Of a stretch of DNA of 64,000 nucleotides, positions 1-8,910 are shown piece by piece. The position numbers and the translations under genes are program-made. Numbering within the stretch: position 1 is the first letter of the stretch; the number at the start of each line of letters is the position of its first letter. Source of the DNA: Candidatus Latescibacterota bacterium (GTDB taxonomy: Bacteria > Latescibacterota > UBA2968 > UBA8231); the NCBI GenBank assembly GCA_965200315.1, contig OZ241362.1, positions 3,520,001-3,584,000 on the forward strand. The letters are read 5' to 3'. A model generated the notes under the pieces. That model had not been told where the DNA came from. It saw only the letters and a program-made list of their open reading frames with translations, and made no database searches.

Positions 1-208
1 CGGCGAGCGAAAAGGCCCCTAGAAAGCAGGGCTTGATGCCCCCGAGGGCATTGTACACGAGGAAATCGACCTGCCCGTCTCCAGTCAGGTCGCCGATGCG
101 CACGTCGCCGCCCACGCGCCGGCCGTTTTCGTCGGCACGGACGAATTCTGCGGGCAAGGCGCCCTTTTTGTAGAGCAGGGCCTCTGCTGCACGTATTGGG
201 TTTTTCAC
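1..208 (-). CDS. Partial CDS (5' part; runs off window edge) with an FG-GAP/Ca-binding-like repeat
   Basis: Manual translation from GTG at 208 (AGAGGA upstream): VKNPIRAAEALLYKKGALPAEFVRADENGRRVGGDVRIGDLTGDGQVDFLVY...; GDLTGDGxxD motif. Confidence 0.55.
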   Translation of the reverse strand, partial: MKNPIRAAEALLYKKGALPAEFVRADENGRRVGGDVRIGDLTGDGQVDFLVYNALGGIKPCFLGAFSLA

Positions 209-243
209 CGGATGGAATCCTCTTTGACTCGCCGCGACCTTTT

Positions 244-732
244 TCAGTCGGCGTCGGCCAATTCTTCGAGGAAGTTGATGAAGATCGCCAGCTCGCCCTT
301 GACCCGGGCCAAGTCGCCTGCCAGCGCTTCGACCAGCGGCCTTATCCGCTGCGGATCGAACTCAAAGGCGTAAACGTTGCGGACCACGTGGCGGAAGCGC
401 AGATATGCGTCCAAGCGCTTTATCGTCCCCTCAGAAAACACGGGGGGCCGGATTCGCGGTAACTGGGTGGCCATTTGCCGCAGCAGCTCTTGATGCCAGT
501 CGCTGCCTTCGGGTAGGTGTCCATCTACTTGGGCGGCTATATGGCGCAGAATGCGCTCTAGCCCCGTGTAGAAATCGTGCAAATTGAGCGCGATCGCGTC
601 CCAATAGAGGTCGCTATCTACCGGGTCTCCTGAGGTGGCCTCCACTGCTCTGCGGACCCGCGTCGCGACCCGCTCGAGATCCTCTAATTCGCGGCGGATG
701 CGCTCGGCGCTGACTATGTGGCGGGCGATCAC
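244..732 (-). CDS. HepT-like HEPN ribonuclease toxin (MNT-HEPN TA system)
   Basis: LHDFYTGLE, WHQELL and FRHVVRNVY motifs; GTG start overlaps the MNT stop (GTGA). Confidence 0.85.
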   Translation of the reverse strand: MIARHIVSAERIRRELEDLERVATRVRRAVEATSGDPVDSDLYWDAIALNLHDFYTGLERILRHIAAQVDGHLPEGSDWHQELLRQMATQLPRIRPPVFSEGTIKRLDAYLRFRHVVRNVYAFEFDPQRIRPLVEALAGDLARVKGELAIFINFLEELADAD

Positions 733-1109
733 AGTTCGACTCCCTCGCGCTCGATAACCGCTCTTAGAGCGGGACGGCAACAGCCCATATCGACCAAGTT
801 CACTTCGATATATAGGTCGAGGTCCATGACCGCGCCGAGTGCCCGCCAAGTGTCCTCGGGCCGAAGGCCCCAAGCGGCGATGTCCACATCGGACCAAGGG
901 TTGAATCGGTCCTCGTGCGCCAGCGAGCCGAAAAGCACTACCCGCTTGGCGTTAAAGCGTTCCTTTAGGAGACGGGTGGCCTGTCGCGCCAGCTCCCGAG
1001 CACGCTGACGGCGTTCTCGCAAATGCACCTTTTCGGCGAGGTGGCGTTGGCGGGCCGTTTCTCGGTAGGTGTCTAGCTCAGCGGGTGTTATTTGGGAACA
1101 GATGGGCAT
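729..1109 (-). CDS. Minimal nucleotidyltransferase (MNT) antitoxin
   Basis: LFGSLA...SDVDIA (GSx10DxD) motif; translationally coupled to the HEPN gene. Confidence 0.88.
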   Translation of the reverse strand: MPICSQITPAELDTYRETARQRHLAEKVHLRERRQRARELARQATRLLKERFNAKRVVLFGSLAHEDRFNPWSDVDIAAWGLRPEDTWRALGAVMDLDLYIEVNLVDMGCCRPALRAVIEREGVEL

Positions 1110-1258
1110 GGCCAAAGCCGTTGGCTGAGGAGCTACTAAGTCTAGCGAGAAATATACGCACGATGCCAACAAAAGTGAATTTGCGGCTCGATTGTCGCTT
1201 CGGGTGCCTTGCGATATATTCCGCCGACACCCAACCATGCGCCAGCGAAAGGAATGCC

Positions 1259-2215
1259 ATGTCTTTCAAGTTCGTCTTTCTGTCACCCGCCAGCGAGTTG
1301 GCCGCTGCCATGTCCGAGGCTGTCCCCACGATGGAGATCGTCCAATGCGAAACCCGCGCCGACTCCCTGGCTGCCCTTCCCACGGCGCAAGCCTGTTTCG
1401 GCACCTTGGATCCAGAGCTGTTGGCCGCAGCCGTCCAGCTCAAGTGGTTGGCCGCGCCAGCCGCCGGCCCGCCCAAGGGGTATTACTTCCCGGAACTCAT
1501 CGCCAGCGACGTGGTTGTGACCAATTTTCGCGGCATCTTCAACGACCACATCTCGGCCCATATCATGGCCTTTGTGCTCGCGCTCTCGCGCGGCATGCAC
1601 CGCTACTTTCGCGCCCAGTTCGCCGGCCAATGGCGCAGCGGCGGGGAATCGAGCCCCTCGACCTATCTGCCCGAAGCCACGGTGCTGATCGTCGGCGTCG
1701 GCGGGATTGGCGCAGAGACTGCGCGCCAGTGCAAGGGTTGGGGCATGACGACTGTTGGCATTGATCCTCGCGTTGATTCGCCGCCTCAGGGCGTTGATGA
1801 ATTATATCGCCCGGACGAGCTCGACCAGCATCTGCCGAGAGCGGATTTCGTCATTCTCACCGTGCCGCAGACGCCGCAGACCGAGGGCTTTTTCACCAGT
1901 GCCCGGTTCGAGCAGATGAAAACCAGCGGGTACTTCATCAACATTGGTCGCGGCGCGAACGTCAAGTTGGCCGACCTCGACCAAGCCCTGCGCGAGGGCC
2001 AGATCGCCGGTGCGGCCTTAGATGTGTTTGAGCAGGAGCCGCTGCCGCCGGAGCATCCGCTATGGACGGCCCCGAATTTCCTAATGACCCCGCACGTGGC
2101 TGGGGCTGGCCCTCATCTGAAAGAGCGCCGGCGCGACCTGATGGTGGATAATTGCCAGCGCTTTGCCCGCGGCGCGGCCCTGGTGAATGTGGTGGATAAG
2201 GAGAACTGGTTTTAG
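1259..2215 (+). CDS. D-2-hydroxyacid dehydrogenase family protein
   Basis: GVGGIG Rossmann motif, INIGRG, AALDVFEQEPLP, TPHVAG; AAAGGA RBS before ATG 1259. Confidence 0.9.
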   Translation: MSFKFVFLSPASELAAAMSEAVPTMEIVQCETRADSLAALPTAQACFGTLDPELLAAAVQLKWLAAPAAGPPKGYYFPELIASDVVVTNFRGIFNDHISAHIMAFVLALSRGMHRYFRAQFAGQWRSGGESSPSTYLPEATVLIVGVGGIGAETARQCKGWGMTTVGIDPRVDSPPQGVDELYRPDELDQHLPRADFVILTVPQTPQTEGFFTSARFEQMKTSGYFINIGRGANVKLADLDQALREGQIAGAALDVFEQEPLPPEHPLWTAPNFLMTPHVAGAGPHLKERRRDLMVDNCQRFARGAALVNVVDKENWF

Positions 2216-2835
2216 GGCAACGTGCCCGTGATAAGCAGGTAGGCGTCGGCTTTGACCTCGCCGTTGATTTCCCACTCTTTGAGTTCGCCGCCGAGCTTCC
2301 CAATGACCTTCTCGCTCAGCTCGTGAAAAGGCGGTCGGCCCGGATCGGCGATGATGATCTGCCCGACCTCGACCGCGACGGCCTTTTTGATCAGCTTGTA
2401 GAGCGGCGAGACCATTTCGTCCCAGAAGCAAATATCGGCCCCGATGATCAGGTTGGTTTGTCGCAGGTGTTTCTTTTTGACCTTTTCAAATTTGCAGCGC
2501 CAAGTTTCTATCTCGACTCCGTTGATCTCGGCGTGTAGCTGCAAGTAGGGAAAAACCGCCGCGTCCGCGTCCATTCCCGTGACATTGGCCGCGTGGTTTT
2601 TGGCGCAGTATATCCCGGCGAGGCCCCAACCGCAGCCGATATCCAAAACCCGCTTCTTTGGCGGCAGACCTTGGTGCGAGAGGAAGTCCATCACGCACCA
2701 ACTCGAATTCCAGAATTTGTTGCCGTGGATGCAGGGTTCGTGCTTCTTTTTTTGGGCACGCACTTGAGGGTGAGCGGCTTTGAGTACTGTGATGCCATAC
2801 GCTTGGCGCGAGGTTTTCTTTTTTTCTTTGGCCAT
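2212..2835 (-). CDS. Class I SAM-dependent methyltransferase (lysine MTase-like)
   Basis: VLDIGCGWGL motif I, IIGADICF, IADPGRPPF. Confidence 0.85.
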   Translation of the reverse strand: MAKEKKKTSRQAYGITVLKAAHPQVRAQKKKHEPCIHGNKFWNSSWCVMDFLSHQGLPPKKRVLDIGCGWGLAGIYCAKNHAANVTGMDADAAVFPYLQLHAEINGVEIETWRCKFEKVKKKHLRQTNLIIGADICFWDEMVSPLYKLIKKAVAVEVGQIIIADPGRPPFHELSEKVIGKLGGELKEWEINGEVKADAYLLITGTLP

Positions 2836-2889
2836 TTCGCTCTGCTAGTGCCCAACGGAAAGTTAGATTTTCTCGAAGTACCCCAATCC

Positions 2890-3669
2890 TTAAAATCCCC
2901 ACACGCGCGCCGCAGTCTTTCCCATGACCCACTCGATAGCATCGCCATCGGCAAAGGCCGGGTGTTTGAGGACACCGCGTAGCGCATTGGCGTAGCCCTC
3001 TCTGCCAGCGCTGGGCGGGAAGTCGCTGCCCCACATCAGGCGTTGGACGCCAAAGGCGTCCTTGGCCATCTCGAACAGTGGTGGTACGTGGTCGAATTTG
3101 AGCGCGGGCAGCAGGCGCGGCGGGCGGGCGCAGATTTCGCCCAAACCGGGGACTTTGATGCTGGTGTTGCCGCGCTCGCCGAGTCGCAGCGCTTCAACGT
3201 AATCGGCATAGGGCGGCTCGGCAATACCCACTCCTGCGAGATGTTCGAGGATGACGTGCGTGTCGGGGCACGCATCGAGTACGTGCGAGAAGTCGCCAGC
3301 CGCGAACTGGGATGCACTGCCGATGCTTGTGACTACGAGGCCGAGCTCGCCGGCTCTGCGCCACATGTCGTAAGGCCCAGCGTTGGCGAACTGGCCACCC
3401 GGGGCAATGCGAATGCCGGCGGCCCCTTGCTCTGCGAGCTGTGTAAGATCGCCGAGTGGATCGCGCGACTCGGGATCGACGAGAACTGCAACTTTGAACC
3501 GGCTTGGTCGCTTGGTGGCTTCTTGGAGGAGGTAGGTGTTGTCGTAGGTGCCGCCGTGTTGGATGAGGACGGCCTTGTCAACGCCGTTGCGATCCATCGC
3601 GAATTCGAGCGTCTCGATAGGCTCGAACCAGTTGTTCCCGGCGTGGCAATGCGTGTCGATTATCAGCAT
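2890..3669 (-). CDS. Amidohydrolase family (Amidohydro_2) protein
   Basis: IDTHCH, LEHLA, MWGSDFP motifs. Confidence 0.88.
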   Translation of the reverse strand: MLIIDTHCHAGNNWFEPIETLEFAMDRNGVDKAVLIQHGGTYDNTYLLQEATKRPSRFKVAVLVDPESRDPLGDLTQLAEQGAAGIRIAPGGQFANAGPYDMWRRAGELGLVVTSIGSASQFAAGDFSHVLDACPDTHVILEHLAGVGIAEPPYADYVEALRLGERGNTSIKVPGLGEICARPPRLLPALKFDHVPPLFEMAKDAFGVQRLMWGSDFPPSAGREGYANALRGVLKHPAFADGDAIEWVMGKTAARVWGF

Positions 3670-3675
3670 AATAGA

Positions 3676-4095
3676 TCACTCCGCGAATGATTGTTCGCCC
3701 TTTTCTTTTTGTTTCCACTTTATCTCTGCGATTTCTTCGGCTGTCAGACGTTCTTCGTCCGTTACGATAGTCTGTTCGATGAGTTTTAGCTTCAGTTCCC
3801 GGTTAGTCAGCCACTCCCAGCGATCGGTATTTGCCGGGTGGGGATGGGGATACACATCGTCGGGACCGATGTCATCGGAAACCACATAGAGATAACCAGA
3901 CGTGACGCCATTGTGTCTAATCTTGAGCTTGTGAGATAGAGCCGCCCCTTCGTCAGACATAGAAACAAGTGAAGGTCTATGAGAGAACGCTTTAGCTACA
4001 TTTCTGTTCTGTGTGATCGAACTTCCGATTCGCAGTTTCGTCAGCTCTTGCTGAGAGCCGTGATACCACGTAAGACTGTAGTCGCAATCTGGCAT
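3676..4095 (-). CDS. Hypothetical protein, possible ADP-ribosyltransferase-like fold
   Basis: WYHGS N-terminal motif, GYLYVV, late WEW; lower GC than flanks; start uncertain. Confidence 0.55.
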   Translation of the reverse strand: MPDCDYSLTWYHGSQQELTKLRIGSSITQNRNVAKAFSHRPSLVSMSDEGAALSHKLKIRHNGVTSGYLYVVSDDIGPDDVYPHPHPANTDRWEWLTNRELKLKLIEQTIVTDEERLTAEEIAEIKWKQKEKGEQSFAE

Positions 4096-4232
4096 ACGCT
4101 TAACAGAATCCGATTTACCAGTTTGATCTATACGGAAAAGCCGTTCACAGCCCATTCCGCTCTGACGAGGTGAGCATACCGTTCTTACTTGAATATCTAA
4201 GCAGTTGAAAATGACAGGTAGGCATCATAGAA

Positions 4233-4263
4233 AAGCATCAGAGCCGGAACGATTCTGATGCTT
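4233..4263. other. Intergenic hairpin
   Basis: AAGCATCAGA-N11-TCTGATGCTT perfect 10-bp stem. Confidence 0.6.
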
Positions 4264-4369
4264 AGAGCGCACTCACTGATTTTTCAATAACGCTATTTTC
4301 TGCGGAGGACGCAAGATGGCCATGCGTCTTTTGACACATCGTCGCAATCCGCAACAATTCGGGCGTAAT

Positions 4370-4573
4370 TATAGCAATTCTAAATGATTTGCGGAGCCCG
4401 TCGTGTAGGCTTGCTATGGCGGGATGAGAAGCGTTTCTAACACGCCCTTCGGTCGGCATTGCGGATCGGTTGAGTGGCTTGGGTGTGCGGCGTATTTCGA
4501 GGGTAGGTGCCCTCGATCCCGGGGGCGTTGCGCCGCGTAAGGGCAGGGGCACCAGTCCTGTAGGATGGCTATA
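4370..4573. repeat. MITE-like structured repeat, copy A
   Basis: Imperfect TIRs TATAGCAATTCTA / TAGGATGGCTATA (11/13); core similar to 60091-60240 (+) and 60825-60980 (-). Confidence 0.75.
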
Positions 4574-4626
4574 TGACTGTCGGTGCTGAGGCTGTTGCTG
4601 ACGACTGAAATCCTTAGCTGCATCCT

Positions 4627-5040
4627 CTAACGGGTGTCGGGGTGCGAACTTCCCCCTCGGGGGAATTTGTGCAGGCCGTCAGGGATTTTAGACCACGGGA
4701 CTGCCATTTCGGTCCAGATCTCTCGGGTGGGTCGCAGAGCTTCGGAATGGTCTAGGGTGCCCGCCTTGATAAACACCGTGTCGGGGTAACGTGTGAACAA
4801 TTGCGAACCACATTCTGGGCAGAATTCGCGAATCTTTGTATGACCTTCGTCGTTCGTAGATTCGTATCCCTTGGTTTTACCGCTCAGTTGAAATGTGGAC
4901 GCTGGTACGCCAACTCCAACGTTGAAAGCGCTGCCCGTAACTCTACGGCAGTCGTCACAGTGGCAATAGGTCACGTATTGGGGCTCCGCGTCGCTTGTAT
5001 AGCTGACCGCCCCGCAAAGACACCGACCTATTAGCGGCAT
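4627..5040 (-). CDS. GFA/CENP-V family Zn-binding protein
   Basis: GRCLCGAV, CHCDDCRR, FCPECGS motifs. Confidence 0.92.
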   Translation of the reverse strand: MPLIGRCLCGAVSYTSDAEPQYVTYCHCDDCRRVTGSAFNVGVGVPASTFQLSGKTKGYESTNDEGHTKIREFCPECGSQLFTRYPDTVFIKAGTLDHSEALRPTREIWTEMAVPWSKIPDGLHKFPRGGSSHPDTR

Positions 5041-5074
5041 TGGTAATCTACCTTTCCAGATGAACGAGGCCCGC

Positions 5075-5737
5075 CTACGAGCCCCCTCTTTTGACGGCGA
5101 AGAAAAATGGGTGAACCTCCTCAGGCGCGTCAACACTTCCGAACCCTCCTCCTAAGATACCTTCCTGTTCAAGCTGAAACCCGGTCTCAGTGAGAAACTT
5201 CTTGTAGGTCGAGGGGCCAAAGTTGCTCCAGTACATGGTCTCGCCGAAGAAGTCATCTTCAGTATATCCAGGGCCGTCGTCTTTCTTGGCAATTGTAAAC
5301 AGAAGGAGGCCACCGGGCCGAAGCCACTGTGCAAATCGACGAAAGAGGTTCAGATGCTCCTGTCTTGGAATGTGGAAGATGGCGTAAAAGCTGACAATTG
5401 CATCGAAGCTACAGGCGGGGAAGTCGGTCTCCATTACGTCGGCGATGAGGAATTTGGCTGTGGGGACGTTTTTCTTCGCTAGAGCTATCATGTTTGAGGA
5501 GATGTCGATCCCGGTGAGGCTAAACATCCCTGCGAGATGTCGGGCGACTGGGATACCAGCACCACATCCAACGTCGAGAACCTTTGAATTAGGGGCCAGA
5601 TGCTCAGTTATCAAGTTCAGCTCCGCTCTAGGTGTGGTACATCTTTGCCTCGCGTAATTCATCGCACACCGGTTATAGGCGGTTCTTACCAATTCCCGAT
5701 AATCGGTCTGCGGATCGGCGGCGATCTTAAATGGCAT
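5075..5737 (-). CDS. Class I SAM-dependent methyltransferase
   Basis: VLDVGCGAG, FDAIVSFYAIFH, LRPGG. Confidence 0.88.
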   Translation of the reverse strand: MPFKIAADPQTDYRELVRTAYNRCAMNYARQRCTTPRAELNLITEHLAPNSKVLDVGCGAGIPVARHLAGMFSLTGIDISSNMIALAKKNVPTAKFLIADVMETDFPACSFDAIVSFYAIFHIPRQEHLNLFRRFAQWLRPGGLLLFTIAKKDDGPGYTEDDFFGETMYWSNFGPSTYKKFLTETGFQLEQEGILGGGFGSVDAPEEVHPFFFAVKRGGS

Positions 5738-6196
5738 TGGTCTCTTTCCTAATCTGGATTATGCGTTCCTCTAACTTTTGCCGATGAACGTCCTTGCATC
5801 TACGAACTCGCCCGCCATGGTTGTTTACCCTAACACTCATGCGCCTACGGAAATAGGCTTATCTGGCGGCCCGTTCTTGGATATGCTCTCAAGCAGGCAA
5901 TGAAGATTGCGAGGAGCGAATTTCTCTTCAGAGCTGGCGATGGCGGCGATTGACCACGAACGGTTGGTTTGGGTAATGGCCGTTATCCGACGCGAAGGTA
6001 CTTAATCGTGTGAATAGTCGCAATCGGTCCCACGAAGCTAAAATATTCTACGTTTGTCCATTCAGCGGCGAGGGTAGAAAGACGCATCTGATTGCCCTGT
6101 GGCCCGTCGCAAAACGGTCTGGCGCATGGGTTCCTTTTTTCTTTTCTTGCCCATTTCGCTCCGCTAGGTAAAGGCTGCTAAACAAAGGATGCACTC

Positions 6197-7216
6197 ATGC
6201 TCGCAAATGATCGCCCGGTGCGCGTCGGCATCTATGGCACTGGCCGTTTCGCCAACCAAACGCACCTGCCCAACCTGAGCAAGCTCGATGGCGTCGAGTT
6301 AGTCGCCGCGAGTGATCCCAACCCGGACAATCTCGCCGCCACCGCGCAAAAGTTCTCCATCGCCCGCACCTATGAGGACCCGCAGCAGATGCTCGCGCAA
6401 GAGCAGATCGATGCACTCTATTCGATCGTGCCGGCCTTTGCGCGCACGGATGTGGAAGCTGTGGCCGCCGCGCAGGGAATCCACCTCTTCAGCGAGAAAC
6501 CGCAATCACCGAGCATGGCCGTTGCGCGGCGCATCGCCGCTGCGGTCGCCGAGGGCAGCGCGATCTCAACGGTTTGTTTTCGCGAGCGCTACCGCCCGCT
6601 CTTTCAGGAGGCCCGCCGCCTGCTCGCGGATAAGGCCGTCACCCACATCCGCTTCCAGAGCACAGCCGGTCTGCCCTTGCTCGAAGCCGAGGTTCCCGAC
6701 CCGGACAGTTGGCACTATCAGATGGACAAGAGCGGCGGCTCGGCCTTCGACTGGGGGGTACACGCCGTTGACTACGCGCGCTTTATGAGCGGCCTTGATA
6801 TTATCCAAGCGCAAGCGTTTTACCACCATCCCGCTCGGTACAACACGCCGCTGTCGTGTTCGTTTAACTTTTTGTTGGCAAACGGAGCGACTATGACCTC
6901 GACGTTCCTCGCGACCACGCCCGCCGCTCCGAGCGACGAGCCGCGCTTCACCGTTTTTTACGAGGGAGGATACTTGGCGCTGTGGATGTACGACCGAATC
7001 GAGGTCAACGGCGAGGTGGTGTACGCGCCGGATGAATTCGACCCGTGGTTTGAGCAAGATCGCGTCTTCATCGAGGCCGTGCGCACCGGCAACCGCGCCC
7101 TGCTCCTCAACGACTATGCCGACGGCCTTTATTCGCTGGCCCCGGTACTGGCGGGGTGGGAGTCGGCGCGGCGCGGCGGGGAGTTGATTGCGGTGGCCGA
7201 ATTTATGGCGAGCTAA
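6197..7216 (+). CDS. Gfo/Idh/MocA family oxidoreductase
   Basis: GIYGTG, SEKP, DWGVHAVD motifs; AAAGGA RBS. Confidence 0.9.
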   Translation: MLANDRPVRVGIYGTGRFANQTHLPNLSKLDGVELVAASDPNPDNLAATAQKFSIARTYEDPQQMLAQEQIDALYSIVPAFARTDVEAVAAAQGIHLFSEKPQSPSMAVARRIAAAVAEGSAISTVCFRERYRPLFQEARRLLADKAVTHIRFQSTAGLPLLEAEVPDPDSWHYQMDKSGGSAFDWGVHAVDYARFMSGLDIIQAQAFYHHPARYNTPLSCSFNFLLANGATMTSTFLATTPAAPSDEPRFTVFYEGGYLALWMYDRIEVNGEVVYAPDEFDPWFEQDRVFIEAVRTGNRALLLNDYADGLYSLAPVLAGWESARRGGELIAVAEFMAS

Positions 7217-8034
7217 GCGTGGGTCGTATCGCGCGGCGGTGGGGGGCCGCAGGCGGGTACCGAGAGTTTTTAGGGCTTGCCCTGCCGTTGATTCTGAGCA
7301 CGGCTAGCTGGAGCATCCAGCACTTTGTCGATCGGGTCTTTCTCTCTTGGTATTCCACCGAGGCGTTGGCGGCCGCGCTACCGGCGGGCCTGGCCAACTT
7401 CACCTTCATCAGCCTCTTCATGGGCACGGCCCAATACGCCAACACGTTTGTCGCCCAATACATGGGAGCGCGGCGGCTGACGCGGGTGGGGCCGGCCGTG
7501 TGGCAAGGGGCGTACGTGGCCCTGTTCAGCGGGATCTTGGCCTTGCTGCCAGCCGCCTTTGCCGGCGAGCTCTTCGCGTTCATCGGCCACGCCCCGGACA
7601 TCCGCGCCGCTGAAGCCCAATACTTCCGCATCCTTTGCTACGGCACCGGGCCGCAGGTCTTGTCCACGGCCTTCTCGTGCTTTTTTAGTGGGCGGGGGCA
7701 GACGTGGGTGGTGCTGGCGGTCAACGTCGTGGCTATCAGCGTCAACATCATCTGCGACTACGGCTTGATATTCGGGCACTGGGGATTGCCTGAGTTGGGG
7801 ATTGTCGGGGCGGCGTGGGCCACCAATATCGGCTTGGTGGTCTCGGCTCTGTGTTTCGCGGTGCTGTTTTTGAGGCCGCGGTATCGCAGCGAGTACGCCA
7901 CCTTGCGCGGCTGGAAACCCGACCTCAAGCTGCTGTTGCGCCTGTTGCGCTTCGGCGGCCCCAACGGCGTCAGCTTCATGCTCGACATCATGGCCTTTAC
8001 GTTCTTTTTGTTTAGGCAATTAGTATTTAAGGGC

Positions 8035-8063
8035 TTGACTGTCCCTTGATTCTCTAGTACTTT
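8035..8063 (+). promoter_or_regulatory. Putative sigma70 promoter overlapping left TIR, driving passenger genes
   Basis: TTGACT-N17-TACTTT; ATG 8071 starts 7 nt after the -10 and has no SD (leaderless-type). Confidence 0.6.
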
Positions 8064-8070
8064 TCTCTGT

Positions 8071-8581
8071 ATGAACAGAGTTAGACTTGGCGATATTTGT
8101 ACCGTCCGCAAGGGGGCTGCTCCGACCGCCTTTGATGGAGATATACCCTATCTGACGATGGAGTACCTTCGCGGGGAAAAAAACGAACCGCCGCTAGTCA
8201 AACCCGATTCTAATAGCCTTCTGGCGTCCGATGGAGACATCCTACTGCTATGGGATGGGGCAAACGCTGGGGACTTTATACGAGCCAAGAGAGGCGTAGT
8301 ATCTTCGACGGTTGCCCTGCTTAATCCCAATACTCAAATCGTTGATCTTGACTTTTTCTACGCAGCCTGTAAGAGAAAAAGCAACAAGAACGGGTACTAC
8401 GATCCCCCACGTACATGGGAAATCTCTTGCAACTATCCTCTTCGATCTACCCCCCCTCTCCGAACAACAAGTTATAGCGGAACTATTGGGGAAAGCCCGT
8501 CAAAGCGTTGAATTAGCCCAGCAGCTAACCGAAAAATACCGACTACAAGAAAAAGCACTAAGGAAACGTTTGATACCATGA
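8071..8581 (+). pseudogene. hsdS: Single-TRD type I restriction-modification specificity subunit (HsdS-like), frameshifted near 8376-8380
   Basis: Frame 1: VRLGDIC...GDILLLWDGANAG...DFFY; frame 2: GTTIPHV...LPPLSEQQVIAELL plus helical spacer, typical of HsdS TRD and conserved region. Confidence 0.8.
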
Positions 8582-8584
8582 GAA

Positions 8585-8615
8585 AGCCCGTAGAAGGTGC
8601 GAACTTCTACGGGCT
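8585..8615. promoter_or_regulatory. 12-bp perfect hairpin between the passenger genes
   Basis: AGCCCGTAGAAG-gtgcgaa-CTTCTACGGGCT. Confidence 0.6.
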
Positions 8616-8648
8616 AAGTACTACCCCTAACCAACAGAAAGGACGACG

Positions 8649-8900
8649 ATGGCGATTGTGCCAATTACGGGGAAAAATCTCTTGCATGTACTAGCCGAGA
8701 TGGGGATAGAAAAACAATTTCAAATCTATAAGGCAGGAGAGATTCGCGTTTTGCCTGTTGAGCCGGACCCTGCTTCTCACTTTTTGCTGTCTTTCGATGA
8801 ATGCCACTATTTGATTCCTCGAAATGAGGCTCTTGTACTGGCTGATTTTTTTGCAAATTACCACCAGAACCACCCTGCTGAGGAGCAGTCATTTGATTGA
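8649..8900 (+). CDS. Hypothetical passenger protein (83 aa)
   Basis: AAAGGA RBS and ATG; stop 10 bp from the convergent transposase stop. Confidence 0.6.
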   Translation: MAIVPITGKNLLHVLAEMGIEKQFQIYKAGEIRVLPVEPDPASHFLLSFDECHYLIPRNEALVLADFFANYHQNHPAEEQSFD

Positions 8901-8910
8901 CTCCGTATGG

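Noticed and set aside
4098-5835. Integron attC sites
   Set aside because: Only isolated GTTRRRY-like words; no paired R''/R' boxes with L boxes and no integrase seen
7156-8049. Two separate MATE genes (7156-8049 and 9853-10461)
   Set aside because: They are halves of one gene split by the IS; the TSD and in-frame rejoin show this
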